Notes: generated from the letters alone by a model not told the origin. A stretch of 33,967 bases of DNA from a bacterium (GCA_040752695.1 JBFMGO010000060.1:1-33967); one strand, 5' to 3'. Shown: positions 19,526 to 28,509, counted from the first letter of the stretch. Program-made: numbers and translations.

Positions 19526-20848
19526 ATGATTTCCACCCGATTGAATAGCCTTTTTGCACCCGACCTGGTTATTGAGCTCGCCCTTGTGCTCCTTTTAGTA
19601 TTCACCCCGCTGCCCAAGGGGACCTTTAGCGGATGGCCGGTGCTGGTGGTGCATGCCCTCAGCTTTGTCATGCTGATAAACTGGATTATCAAGATGAGAG
19701 GACAAAGATCACGGCCTGTACATAAAACACCAATTGATTTCCCTCTCATCTTCTTTTTCATTTTCGCTCTGCTCTCCTGTATCTTTTCATTGGATCACAC
19801 AAAGAGCATATCCGGGGTTTTGAAGGTCCTGGATTGTATTATTATATTCTACGTAGCTCAAGACACTCTCAATACCAGGAGAAAAATCAAAATCATCCTC
19901 TATGCGGCCATTCTTACCGGCAGCTTTCTTTCGCTACTCGGGCTTATTCAACTCCTTGACGGTATCGATCACTCCTTTTGGGTCTTACCAGTCGAATTAT
20001 CAGCCACGTTCGAAAATTCAAATTATTTTGCCGGATATATGGCTCTTATTATTCCCTTGACCATCGGCATATTATTTGACGAGTTGGAACCTGGACAGAG
20101 AATCATGGTCTTTTACCTTCTCATTATGATGATACTGGCTTTTATTTTATCCCTGTCACGTGGGGGATGGATAAGTTTAACGGTCGCTTTGGGAGCGATG
20201 AGTTTCCTGTTTTTCGGCAAGTCTGGTGTTAATAAAGAATTAGTGAATAGAAAGCTCCTGATTTTACTACCTTTCCTTTTAGCCGTTATCTTCATGCTTG
20301 CTATATGCCTGGGATTTACCAGTATCCTGGGCAAGATGGACAGCAGGAACTTTCATGGAAGGATAGAACTATGGAAACAATCTGTCGGAATTATCAGGGA
20401 TTACCCCTTTTTCGGCGCTGGGGTTGACGTATTTACCTCCTTTCATTCTGCTATTCCGGCAGGGTATAAGAGTATCGATCGTGATTACATGAGAAGTATT
20501 AAAAAGTGGATGCTTTCAAAATATAATGGATATGATGGATTGGAATTATGCAATCAATATCTTCAAACGGCTGCGGAAATGGGAATACCGGGTTTTTTCT
20601 GCCTTCTGTGGCTGATAGTTGAAGGTATTTCCGGAAGTGTAAAGGTGTATAACCGGAAAAAAAGCAGGTTCGAGCAAATGGTGTCTTTAAGCATTATCGG
20701 AGGCGAGATGGCGACGATAGTTCATATGCTCTCTTCCAACCTGTTGAACTTTTTGTCTATCAGTGTGTTACTATCGGTATTGATAGGAATTATCTTTGCT
20801 GAACACAGCTTGACAGCCAATGCCCATCCTGCATCTTTAGAGAATTAA
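19526..20848 (+). CDS. O-antigen ligase (Wzy_C/WaaL) family membrane protein
   Basis: Multi-TM; TFENSNYFAGY, LSLSRGGW, R..LW, PFFGAG and NQYLQTAAEMGIPG. Confidence 0.85.
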   Translation: MISTRLNSLFAPDLVIELALVLLLVFTPLPKGTFSGWPVLVVHALSFVMLINWIIKMRGQRSRPVHKTPIDFPLIFFFIFALLSCIFSLDHTKSISGVLKVLDCIIIFYVAQDTLNTRRKIKIILYAAILTGSFLSLLGLIQLLDGIDHSFWVLPVELSATFENSNYFAGYMALIIPLTIGILFDELEPGQRIMVFYLLIMMILAFILSLSRGGWISLTVALGAMSFLFFGKSGVNKELVNRKLLILLPFLLAVIFMLAICLGFTSILGKMDSRNFHGRIELWKQSVGIIRDYPFFGAGVDVFTSFHSAIPAGYKSIDRDYMRSIKKWMLSKYNGYDGLELCNQYLQTAAEMGIPGFFCLLWLIVEGISGSVKVYNRKKSRFEQMVSLSIIGGEMATIVHMLSSNLLNFLSISVLLSVLIGIIFAEHSLTANAHPASLEN

Positions 20849-20928
20849 CCCATCGCAGTTCTTTAACCACCTCGAATAACAAGCAAAAGTTTTTCACCAG
20901 GCAACAACATCATAAGGAAATAATTAAA

Positions 20929-21870
20929 ATGAATCAAAAAACGGTCTTAGTTACTGGCTGTGCCGGTTTTATCGGCAGCAATCTGTGTAAGCGGCTCTGT
21001 GATGAGGGATACCGGGTAGTGGGCATAGATAACCTTTCTTACGGCACCCTGGAAAATATCGATAGGCGCGTGATCTTCCATAAAATGGATATCAGGGATC
21101 AGAAAATTTATCCTTTGTTCGAGGGCGTCGATACGGTATTTCACCTGGCTGCCAAAAATTGCCTGATCGACTGTCTGAGTAATCCTCTCGAGACAAGTGA
21201 GATCAATGTATATGGAACTGTGAATGTTCTTGAAGGAGCAAGAAAAGCCAGGGTGCGAAAATTTATTTATGCCGACACCTCGGCTGAGTATGAAGGGATT
21301 TTGGATTTCCCCTCCAGGACAGACAGGGTATGTCCGCTTGGTATCTATGCGGTGAGCAAAAGGGGAGCATCACTATTCTGTGAAAGTTACCGGCGTTTGC
21401 TGGGAGTTACGGGTATTACTGTGCGCTATTTCAATGTTTACGGCCCTGCCCAGGATTGGCGTCGAGTGGTGCCGCCGGTGATGAGTGCTTTTATCATGCG
21501 TATGCTCAAGGGGGAGAGGCCGGTCATTTATGGCAGTGGAGAGAAAAGGAGAGATTTTATTTACGTGGATGATGTCAACCAGTTTCACCTTTTGGCTATG
21601 AATGACGAAAGGCTGGATGGTGGAACCTTCAATGTAGGCAGCGGTGTAAGTTATTCCGTTAACGAAATTTTTCAGGTCATCGAGGATATTTTACAAACCG
21701 GCCTGACTCCCATCCATAAAGAAGACCTGCCCGGCGAGGCAGAAATAACCCTAGCGGACATTTCCAGAGAGAAGCAATTGGGCTGGGAACCAAAGGTGGA
21801 TCTCCAAGAGGGCCTCAGGAAGTCAATCGAGTATATCAAAGAGCGTGTGCTTCAGGCGGCGTTACTATGA
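20929..21870 (+). CDS. NAD-dependent nucleotide-sugar epimerase/dehydratase
   Basis: VTGCAGFIGS, YAVSK, RYFNVYGP and RDFIYVDD. Confidence 0.92.
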   Translation: MNQKTVLVTGCAGFIGSNLCKRLCDEGYRVVGIDNLSYGTLENIDRRVIFHKMDIRDQKIYPLFEGVDTVFHLAAKNCLIDCLSNPLETSEINVYGTVNVLEGARKARVRKFIYADTSAEYEGILDFPSRTDRVCPLGIYAVSKRGASLFCESYRRLLGVTGITVRYFNVYGPAQDWRRVVPPVMSAFIMRMLKGERPVIYGSGEKRRDFIYVDDVNQFHLLAMNDERLDGGTFNVGSGVSYSVNEIFQVIEDILQTGLTPIHKEDLPGEAEITLADISREKQLGWEPKVDLQEGLRKSIEYIKERVLQAALL

Positions 21871-22592
21871 GAGGAATAATTCTTTCTGCGGGCAGGGGAA
21901 CACGGCTTGGCCACTATACGCAGAACATGCCTAAGGTGATGATGGAAATAGGAGGAAAGCCTGTACTGGAGCATGGAATACTGCTCTTTAAAAAACATGG
22001 TATCGAAAATCTGTGTATCAACCTCCACCACTGCCCCGAAGTGATACAGAATTATTTCGCAGACGGCCACAAGTGGGGGGTAAACATTCAGTATAACCTT
22101 GAAAAAGAGCTCCTTGGTACGGCCGGCGCGGTAAAGGCATTTGAAGAGCTTATGGACGAGGGAGAAAAGATCATGGTGCTTTATGGAGACAATCTGACCG
22201 ACTGTGATTTGACTGCTCTAAGACGGTTTCACGAGAGAAAAAAGGCTCTTTTGACTATGGCCTTCATCGAAGAGGATGAAGTATCAAAGAGCGGTATTCT
22301 TGCCTTTGATCATAATTGCCGGGTAGTGCGAATGGTAGAAAAACCCAAGCCGGAAGAAATCTTCAGCCACTATGTCAATGCAGGGATCCTGCTTTTGGAA
22401 CACGAAGTGCTTGATCTGATTCCGAAGGGTGAATTTTACGATTTCGGCTATCACCTTCTCCCAAGGATGATCAGGGAGGAAAGGGGAATCTATGCTTACC
22501 CGATGAATGGTTATCTGATCTCCCTTGATACCCCGGAATATTACCAAAAGGCTCAGGAATATTTTCGGTTTAAGGGGAAAAATTTGGAATGA
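21867..22592 (+). CDS. Sugar-1-phosphate nucleotidyltransferase (HddC/GDP-mannose pyrophosphorylase-like)
   Basis: ILSAGRGTRL...PK, LGTAGA, YGD, VEKP and VNAG. Confidence 0.9.
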   Translation: MRGIILSAGRGTRLGHYTQNMPKVMMEIGGKPVLEHGILLFKKHGIENLCINLHHCPEVIQNYFADGHKWGVNIQYNLEKELLGTAGAVKAFEELMDEGEKIMVLYGDNLTDCDLTALRRFHERKKALLTMAFIEEDEVSKSGILAFDHNCRVVRMVEKPKPEEIFSHYVNAGILLLEHEVLDLIPKGEFYDFGYHLLPRMIREERGIYAYPMNGYLISLDTPEYYQKAQEYFRFKGKNLE

Positions 22593-22649
22593 TGAAATGG
22601 TGGAATGATGGAATACCCTGGCAGTATGGGTAAAGAGGTAATTTCAGAT

Positions 22650-23366
22650 ATGGAAGGAATGAATAAGGCGATATTTCTGGACCGCGATGGAGTAATCAAT
22701 GAGATTATCTACCACCACGATATCGGGGTGATTGACAGTCCATTTACTCCCGGGCAGTTTCACCTGAGAGATGGAGTGGGACAGGCCATTAAAGAAATCA
22801 ATGGGACCGGTTTCTTAGCTATCGTAGCCACAAACCAGCCAGGTATAGCCAAAGGGCATTTTGATGAGAATGTCCTGAATTCTATTACGGAAAAAATGAA
22901 AACCGATCTGGCTCTTGAGGGGGCCTGCCTTGACGATATTTACATGTGCCTTCATCATCCCACAGGGAATGATCAGGGGAATCCTCAATACATTATGGAC
23001 TGCGCCTGCCGCAAGCCCAAACCGGGCTTACTGCTTGAAGCAGCCCAAAAGCATCGGCTGAACCTCAATGCCTCCTACATGATTGGTGACAGCATTACGG
23101 ATATTCAAGCAGGGGCTTGTGCAGGATGCACTACTTTTTTGATCGGCCAGCTTAAGTGCGATTTATGCCGGATCATGGAAAAGAGTGGAGTGAAGCCCGA
23201 TTTTATCGTTTCCAGCCTGCCGGAGGCGGTACGAATCATCAAGGGACGGGAAAATCTGGAAATAAGCTACGAGAATCTATCCCAAAGGCTCTCTTTAAGA
23301 GACATATCTTTCGAGAAGGAAGAGTGTGTTCATGATAGCCAGTCGGATGGTAAGGAATATTTATAG
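22650..23366 (+). CDS. gmhB: HAD IIIA sugar bisphosphate phosphatase (GmhB-like)
   Basis: FLDRDGVIN, TNQPG, CLHHP, CACRKPKPG and IGDSITD. Start uncertain (22605, 22650 or 22659). Confidence 0.85.
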   Translation: MEGMNKAIFLDRDGVINEIIYHHDIGVIDSPFTPGQFHLRDGVGQAIKEINGTGFLAIVATNQPGIAKGHFDENVLNSITEKMKTDLALEGACLDDIYMCLHHPTGNDQGNPQYIMDCACRKPKPGLLLEAAQKHRLNLNASYMIGDSITDIQAGACAGCTTFLIGQLKCDLCRIMEKSGVKPDFIVSSLPEAVRIIKGRENLEISYENLSQRLSLRDISFEKEECVHDSQSDGKEYL

Positions 23367-23478
23367 AAAGGGAGAATAAGAAGAAACCCTTTAAGGGGAA
23401 GAGGACCCTGACTGGGGCAGGTGATAACTCTTAAAAAGAGGGCGAAGTCCCTCAAGGAGAAGGAGAAAGAACAGTAAT

Positions 23479-24075
23479 ATGTCATATACAGCCAATTATC
23501 TATTAGAGATGCAGAGTATTATAGGGCTTTTGAAAGAGTCAGAAATCGAGAAAATGGTAGATGTACTAGCCAGGATCAGGGAAGAGAACGGGAGGCTTTT
23601 CTTCCTTGGTGTCGGAGGAGGAGCGGGAAACGCCACCCATGCAGTGAATGATTTTCGTAAAATTGCAGGCTTTGAAGCTTATACTCCTTTGGATAATGCC
23701 TCTGAACTGACTGCCCGGATTAATGATGATGGATGGGAAACAGCGTTGGTAAACTGGTTAAAAGGGAGCAGGATAAAGGCCCAGGACGGATTGTTTATCT
23801 TTTCCGTCGGCGGGGGGAATCTTGAGAAAAAGATTAGTGCCAACCTTGTGTACGCAATGCAGTATGCTCATGAGGTTGGTGCCCGGATTCTGGGCGTGGT
23901 AGGCCGTGATGGTGGATTTACGGCCCGGATAGCAGATGCCTGCGTGATTATCCCCACCATCAATCCGCAAACGGTCACTCCGCATACCGAATCCTTCCAG
24001 GGAGTGATCTGGCACTTGATAGTATCCCATCCTAAGATGAAGGCCTTAGAGATGAAATGGGAATCAGTGAAATAA
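23479..24075 (+). CDS. gmhA: SIS-domain phosphosugar isomerase (GmhA-like)
   Basis: LGVGGGAGNATHAVND, LTARIND, FSVGGG and TPHTE. Confidence 0.8.
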   Translation: MSYTANYLLEMQSIIGLLKESEIEKMVDVLARIREENGRLFFLGVGGGAGNATHAVNDFRKIAGFEAYTPLDNASELTARINDDGWETALVNWLKGSRIKAQDGLFIFSVGGGNLEKKISANLVYAMQYAHEVGARILGVVGRDGGFTARIADACVIIPTINPQTVTPHTESFQGVIWHLIVSHPKMKALEMKWESVK

Positions 24076-24167
24076 AGGTAATATAGACAAATAGATAAAC
24101 TCAGCTATCCGGCTAGCGAGATAAAGAGACAGGGATAGATAAAAATCACACTTACGGAGAACAGGGA

Positions 24168-24839
24168 ATGAAAATTTTTATTGACTCAGCAAACCTTAAG
24201 GATATTGAAGAAGCATTAGAAAGAGGTTTTCCCAGTGGAATAACGACCAATCCATCGATCCTCGCCAAAGAGGAAAAATGTGATTTCAGGGAACATATCC
24301 ATAAAATCATCCATCTGGTGAGGACCCATGGTTATCATGATATTCCCCTCAGTGTGGAGGTCTTCTCTACCGAGCCTGAAGAGATGATCAGACAGGCGGA
24401 GGAGTTTGTGGAGGAATTCCATTATGAGGGGTTGAATATCAAGATCCCCATTGGCTGGAATGAATTATCCGTGATCAAAAAATTGAAGGATAAGGCGATC
24501 AAGGTAAACTGCACCTGCTGCATGTCTTATAACCAGGCTGTCATGGCTGCAGAGGCGGGCTCCGATTTTGTCAGTTTATTCAGCGGACGGATCAGGGATA
24601 TTGGCTATAATTCCTCAGAAGTCATCAGTGCCGTGAAACAGACCATTAAAGACCGCAATTGCCCATCAAAGATCATCATCGGCAGCATCCGCCACATCGC
24701 TGACATTAACGAGGCCATGCAGGCCGGTGCAGATATTGTGACCGTACCACCGAAATTTTTCACCCAGATGTGTTCCCACCCCAAAACTACTGAGGCAGTT
24801 AACCAATTTATTACTGACTTCAGAGAGTGGCTGAAGTAG
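24168..24839 (+). CDS. tal: Transaldolase (small TalC/Fsa-size family)
   Basis: IFIDSA, GITTNPS, SVEV, IKIP (Schiff-base Lys), SLFSGR and GSIR. Confidence 0.88.
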   Translation: MKIFIDSANLKDIEEALERGFPSGITTNPSILAKEEKCDFREHIHKIIHLVRTHGYHDIPLSVEVFSTEPEEMIRQAEEFVEEFHYEGLNIKIPIGWNELSVIKKLKDKAIKVNCTCCMSYNQAVMAAEAGSDFVSLFSGRIRDIGYNSSEVISAVKQTIKDRNCPSKIIIGSIRHIADINEAMQAGADIVTVPPKFFTQMCSHPKTTEAVNQFITDFREWLK

Positions 24840-24896
24840 AAGATGAGCCTAAAAAGAGAGAGCTGATTTTGTACGAAGTTTTTAAAGGCGAAGAAA

Positions 24897-26105
24897 GTGG
24901 CTGAAGAGGAAAAATTCTTTCTGGCCTGCTTACGCCACTTTCTAAAAGGGAAAGCAGACACATCAGAAGGGATTCTCAGTTACCTTGGGAAGGGGATTGA
25001 CTGGCCTCTCGTTCTCTCCTGGTCCCAATGGCATGGAGTCACTCCCGTAATCTATCATATCCTGAAGGAAATAGATTGGACCGGTGTGCCGGAGATGATC
25101 AGAAAGGGGCTGGAGCGGAGCTTTCGGATAAATATGGCCAGGAATCTCTTTCTCTCGGCAGAAATAGACAGGGTATTTGCGGCACTGGGAGAACGGGGAA
25201 TAATAAGTATTCCCATCAAGGGGATCTTTCTCTCAGAAGAAGTCTATCCGGACATATCCTTTCGGATGATAACCGATATCGATATTTTAATCCGTAAAGA
25301 CGATCTTCGGAGGGCAGAAGAAATACTGACACAGATGGGATATGAGAGGGATCAGCCTCTCAAGGATGCCTTTTTTCCAGACAATTGCTATACCCTGCAC
25401 ATGGAGAAAGGAGAAAAGAACGGTCAGAAGCTTTGCGTTGAACTGCATTGGGGCCTGGCGAACAGGCGAGACTATACACTTCCTGTAGAAAGCTGGTGGG
25501 AGAGGGAAATCTTTCGGGTTGCTCAGAACAGGCACTTAAAGGGTGGAATGCATTGCCTGACCATGGGACCGGAGATAACCCTGCTCTATCTGACTATCAA
25601 CGCTCATATGTCCCGCTACGCATTCCTTAAACAGCTAGTGGATATCGGGCAGGTGATCAGATACTACGAAAACGACATTCATTGGGAACGTGTGACACGT
25701 ATAGCCTCTGAATTGGGCCTGCTCGATAATTTCATTTTTGCCTTGAGTCTGGTTCACAGCATGTTCGATGTACCGATTGCCAAAGAGCTGGCTTATCAAT
25801 CAGCATCGTGGAAACACCGGGTATTCCAATCTCTCTTTACCGAACAGAGGCTGGTGCGGGGGAAAATGGGTCAGGATCTGCGCCAGCTTCTGTTGTTATT
25901 TTTGTTAAACGAGAAAGCAATCGTCAAGTCGGCCTGCAAAGTGATATTCTCCTCCCGGGAAACCATCGCTTACCGATATGGACTATCTCCTCAATCTTAC
26001 CGCACCAATCTTTATGTTCTCCTTAATCCTTTATTTGCCCTGTATCGCCTGCTTCGAGGATGTGTAGTGGATTGCTGGGCAGGAAAAGGAATTGGGGAAG
26101 GATAA
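24897..26105 (+). CDS. Uncharacterised nucleotidyltransferase (NTP_transf_5-like, the type found in RiPP clusters)
   Basis: W...HGV, PIKG, R...DIDILI, VELHW and LVDI motifs; GTG start. Confidence 0.8.
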   Translation: MAEEEKFFLACLRHFLKGKADTSEGILSYLGKGIDWPLVLSWSQWHGVTPVIYHILKEIDWTGVPEMIRKGLERSFRINMARNLFLSAEIDRVFAALGERGIISIPIKGIFLSEEVYPDISFRMITDIDILIRKDDLRRAEEILTQMGYERDQPLKDAFFPDNCYTLHMEKGEKNGQKLCVELHWGLANRRDYTLPVESWWEREIFRVAQNRHLKGGMHCLTMGPEITLLYLTINAHMSRYAFLKQLVDIGQVIRYYENDIHWERVTRIASELGLLDNFIFALSLVHSMFDVPIAKELAYQSASWKHRVFQSLFTEQRLVRGKMGQDLRQLLLLFLLNEKAIVKSACKVIFSSRETIAYRYGLSPQSYRTNLYVLLNPLFALYRLLRGCVVDCWAGKGIGEG

Positions 26106-26235
26106 AACGATTGTTGCCTGGCAGCCCGACAGCAGCTTTTTCATTAATTTGTTTAACATGAGGACATAAACTATGGCATTATGTTCGTATTTATAGTATA
26201 ATTTGGATGATTAACGATATTACTGTATTTTTTTA

Positions 26236-26264
26236 TTGAATCTAAATTCATATTAAAGTATAAT
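26236..26264 (+). promoter_or_regulatory. Sigma70-type promoter upstream of the PqqD/rSAM/precursor genes
   Basis: TTGAAT (26236-26241), 17-nt spacer, TATAAT (26259-26264) in an AT-rich intergenic region. Confidence 0.65.
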
Positions 26265-26303
26265 TTGAAGAAATATGGAGATTGTTCATCAGGAGATTTT
26301 TCC

Positions 26304-26612
26304 ATGACCGGAAAATACGTATCCAGAAATGAAAATACAGCATCAAGGGTAATTGACGGACAGGCAATTATCATGACTCTGGGAGACAACACCCTGCATA
26401 CCCTCAATGACGTAGGATCACGAATATGGAATCTTTGCGGCGACCAAAAGGCTATTGAAGAGATCATTACGGTGATCCACGAGGAATACGCTGCCAGTTA
26501 CGAGGAAATCAAAGCAGATTGTGAGTCCTTCATAGAGGAAATGTGCACGAAGGGAATTCTGACTCTGCAGGATGAAAAGGCTGTAGGGGAAGGATCGGGT
26601 GTAGGTAGATGA
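26304..26612 (+). CDS. PqqD family / RiPP recognition element protein
   Basis: RVIDGQAII, LHTLNDVGSRIWNLCG, EEI...EEY and D...FIEEM...GIL. AGGAGA precedes ATG 26304. Confidence 0.9.
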   Translation: MTGKYVSRNENTASRVIDGQAIIMTLGDNTLHTLNDVGSRIWNLCGDQKAIEEIITVIHEEYAASYEEIKADCESFIEEMCTKGILTLQDEKAVGEGSGVGR

Positions 26613-27667
26613 ATATCGTAGCTTATAGCCTGGAGAATAAGATTCCCATTGCTGTCCAGGTTAATGTAACCAGACAATGTAATCTTCATTGTATTCACTG
26701 CTGTGTAGGAAAGAGAGAAAAATCAAAAAGGAGTGGAAAAGAGACTGTTGCCGTTCCAGCACCTGGCTCTGAACTGACTCTACAGGAAATTCATCAGCTT
26801 CTTGAGCAACTGGCTCGGTCAGGATGCCTCCTCCTGACCCTGTCTGGAGGTGAAGTATTACTTCGAGAAGATCTCTATGAAATTATCGACTCTGCTCGCA
26901 GATTGGACTTTGCCGTTAAGGTTTTCACCAATGGGACACTTTTGGGGAAAAAAGAGGCTGAAACGTTTCGTAAGTTTCATCTCCAGGAAGTGCATATCAG
27001 TTTATATGCAGCCGAGGCTCGAATACATGACATGATCAGTGGTGTTTCCGGTTCATGGCAAAAGACCATGGAAGGAATCCGGTTTCTTAAGCAAGAGGGT
27101 GTTCCAGTCAAGATAAAATGCGCTATCATGAAACAGAATCTTGGAGAGTATCGAAAAGTATATGACCTAGCCGTGAGCCTTGGAACCGATTATGCCTTTG
27201 ATCCCATTATCACAGTTCGGGATGATGGGAATCGCGATCCGCTGAAGCACCGAATAGATCAGGAAGATTTACACACGGTTTTGCATGATCCGATTTTCCG
27301 GAATAAGGGGTCTGAAACAGGTGAGAAAAATGCATGCCTCCTCAGTGATATAATCGAAGAGATCCCCTGCAGTGCCGGTCATTATATCTGCTTCGTTTCT
27401 CCGGAAGGAGATGTCACCCCGTGCGTTCAATTGCCTGTTGTCTGCGGAAATGTACGAGAGCAAGACTTTTATTGGGTATGGCAACATTCACCGCAAATGC
27501 AGAAAATCCGTCAGTACCAGATAAAAGATATTCATGGTTGCAGTGACTGTCGTCACTTATCCTGGTGTGCCCGGTGCCCTGGTTTAGCCTATCTTGAGGA
27601 TGGCGATCTTTTGGGTCCTTCCAGTGCTGCCTGCTGGATGACTGAGGCAAGAGGAGAGAATGAGTGA
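26609..27667 (+). CDS. Radical SAM/SPASM peptide maturase
   Basis: CNLHCIHC, SGGE, FTNG; SPASM motif CSAG...C...GDVTPC...CSDC...CARCPG...C; 4-nt overlap with the PqqD gene. Confidence 0.92.
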   Translation: MNIVAYSLENKIPIAVQVNVTRQCNLHCIHCCVGKREKSKRSGKETVAVPAPGSELTLQEIHQLLEQLARSGCLLLTLSGGEVLLREDLYEIIDSARRLDFAVKVFTNGTLLGKKEAETFRKFHLQEVHISLYAAEARIHDMISGVSGSWQKTMEGIRFLKQEGVPVKIKCAIMKQNLGEYRKVYDLAVSLGTDYAFDPIITVRDDGNRDPLKHRIDQEDLHTVLHDPIFRNKGSETGEKNACLLSDIIEEIPCSAGHYICFVSPEGDVTPCVQLPVVCGNVREQDFYWVWQHSPQMQKIRQYQIKDIHGCSDCRHLSWCARCPGLAYLEDGDLLGPSSAACWMTEARGENE

Positions 27668-27759
27668 CACTATCAGACATCGTAAACGGACCAAGCATTT
27701 ATCATCAAGAGTTTTAGTACATCTTTCCAATAACCCAAACAGCTAAGGAGGAAAAAAAT

Positions 27760-27924
27760 ATGGAAAGAAAGAAAATATTAATCGAGAAAGCACCAGCCCC
27801 AAAAAGCTATGAACCACCAAGAATCATTTCTGAAGAAGTATTTGAGACACTCGCTCTTGCATGCTGCAAAAGCAATACCTGCTTACGATATAGTCTGCCA
27901 AAGGGACTGCATGGTGTAAGCTAA
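27760..27924 (+). CDS. Putative RiPP precursor peptide, 54 aa (not in the ORF track): MERKKILIEKAPAPKSYEPPRIISEEVFETLALACCKSNTCLRYSLPKGLHGVS
   Basis: Strong SD TAAGGAGG upstream of ATG 27760; YxxPxI leader motif; CCxxxxC core; directly downstream of the RRE and rSAM genes. Confidence 0.85.
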   Translation: MERKKILIEKAPAPKSYEPPRIISEEVFETLALACCKSNTCLRYSLPKGLHGVS

Positions 27925-28033
27925 CATCTCAAAGTTGTATCTTTAAAACTCATATCCCTCTTTTAAACGTAAGGTGCCGGAAATTTTCCATCAGCACATC
28001 GATGGGCACCGGGTAAGTCGTGTAATATAAAGC

Positions 28034-28349
28034 AGAGTAGTCATATTTCGTATTGCTAAGGTAAGCATTGTGCCCCACTCCGAGAGTGATTAAAAGGAAT
28101 GCCTGGATAATGATGTCCCCTCAGAGGGCAGGACTATGAGTTGTATAATCGGCTCCCATACGGCTCTCGCAAGAATTAAGTGCACGCAGAGACATCCTTA
28201 TGACGTCTTGCCAACTGCCAATCTTCATAGGTAGGTAGGTTACGGATTTTACTGCAAATTCCCTGGACAGTATTCAGTAGACAGTCAAGGGCGGACTATT
28301 CACCCTATAAGCGGGCAAAAAGGTTACCTCCAGGGAGTATGGCTACTCT
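28034..28349 (+). ncRNA. Candidate ~316-nt structured RNA of unknown family
   Basis: A 16-bp terminal helix (13 Watson-Crick + 3 G-U pairs) encloses nested helices and several hairpins; no ORF of 60 aa or more here in the track. Confidence 0.4.
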
Positions 28350-28509
28350 CACTTGCTTGAGCCAGCTTGATAGGCCATGCTGATACTCATAGATAGAATA
28401 AAACCTTGGTCCTCTCTCATCCATCTTCTGTACCCTATTATTTGGTAATCCTAAAAAACCGGTTTACAGCATATTTAAAATTTTTTCTAAACCCTGCCTT
28501 TGAGCCATA

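Noticed and set aside
26304..27667. PQQ biosynthesis (pqqD/pqqE)
   Set aside because: No pqqB or pqqC, and the peptide lacks the ExxxY core of PqqA.
27760..27924. Lasso peptide interpretation of the precursor
   Set aside because: The YxxP and Thr leader features fit, but the core has no Asp/Glu and no lasso cyclase or B2 protease is present in the window.
28145..28166. GAGCCGTATG on the minus strand resembling group II intron domain V
   Set aside because: The rest of the domain V hairpin (GAAA loop, ACGTACGGTTC) is missing and there is no RT gene.
28058..28290. Cobalamin riboswitch or group I intron identity for the structured element
   Set aside because: TTAAAAGGAA and CAGAGAC are suggestive, but I found no B12 box and no correctly ordered P7 pairing.
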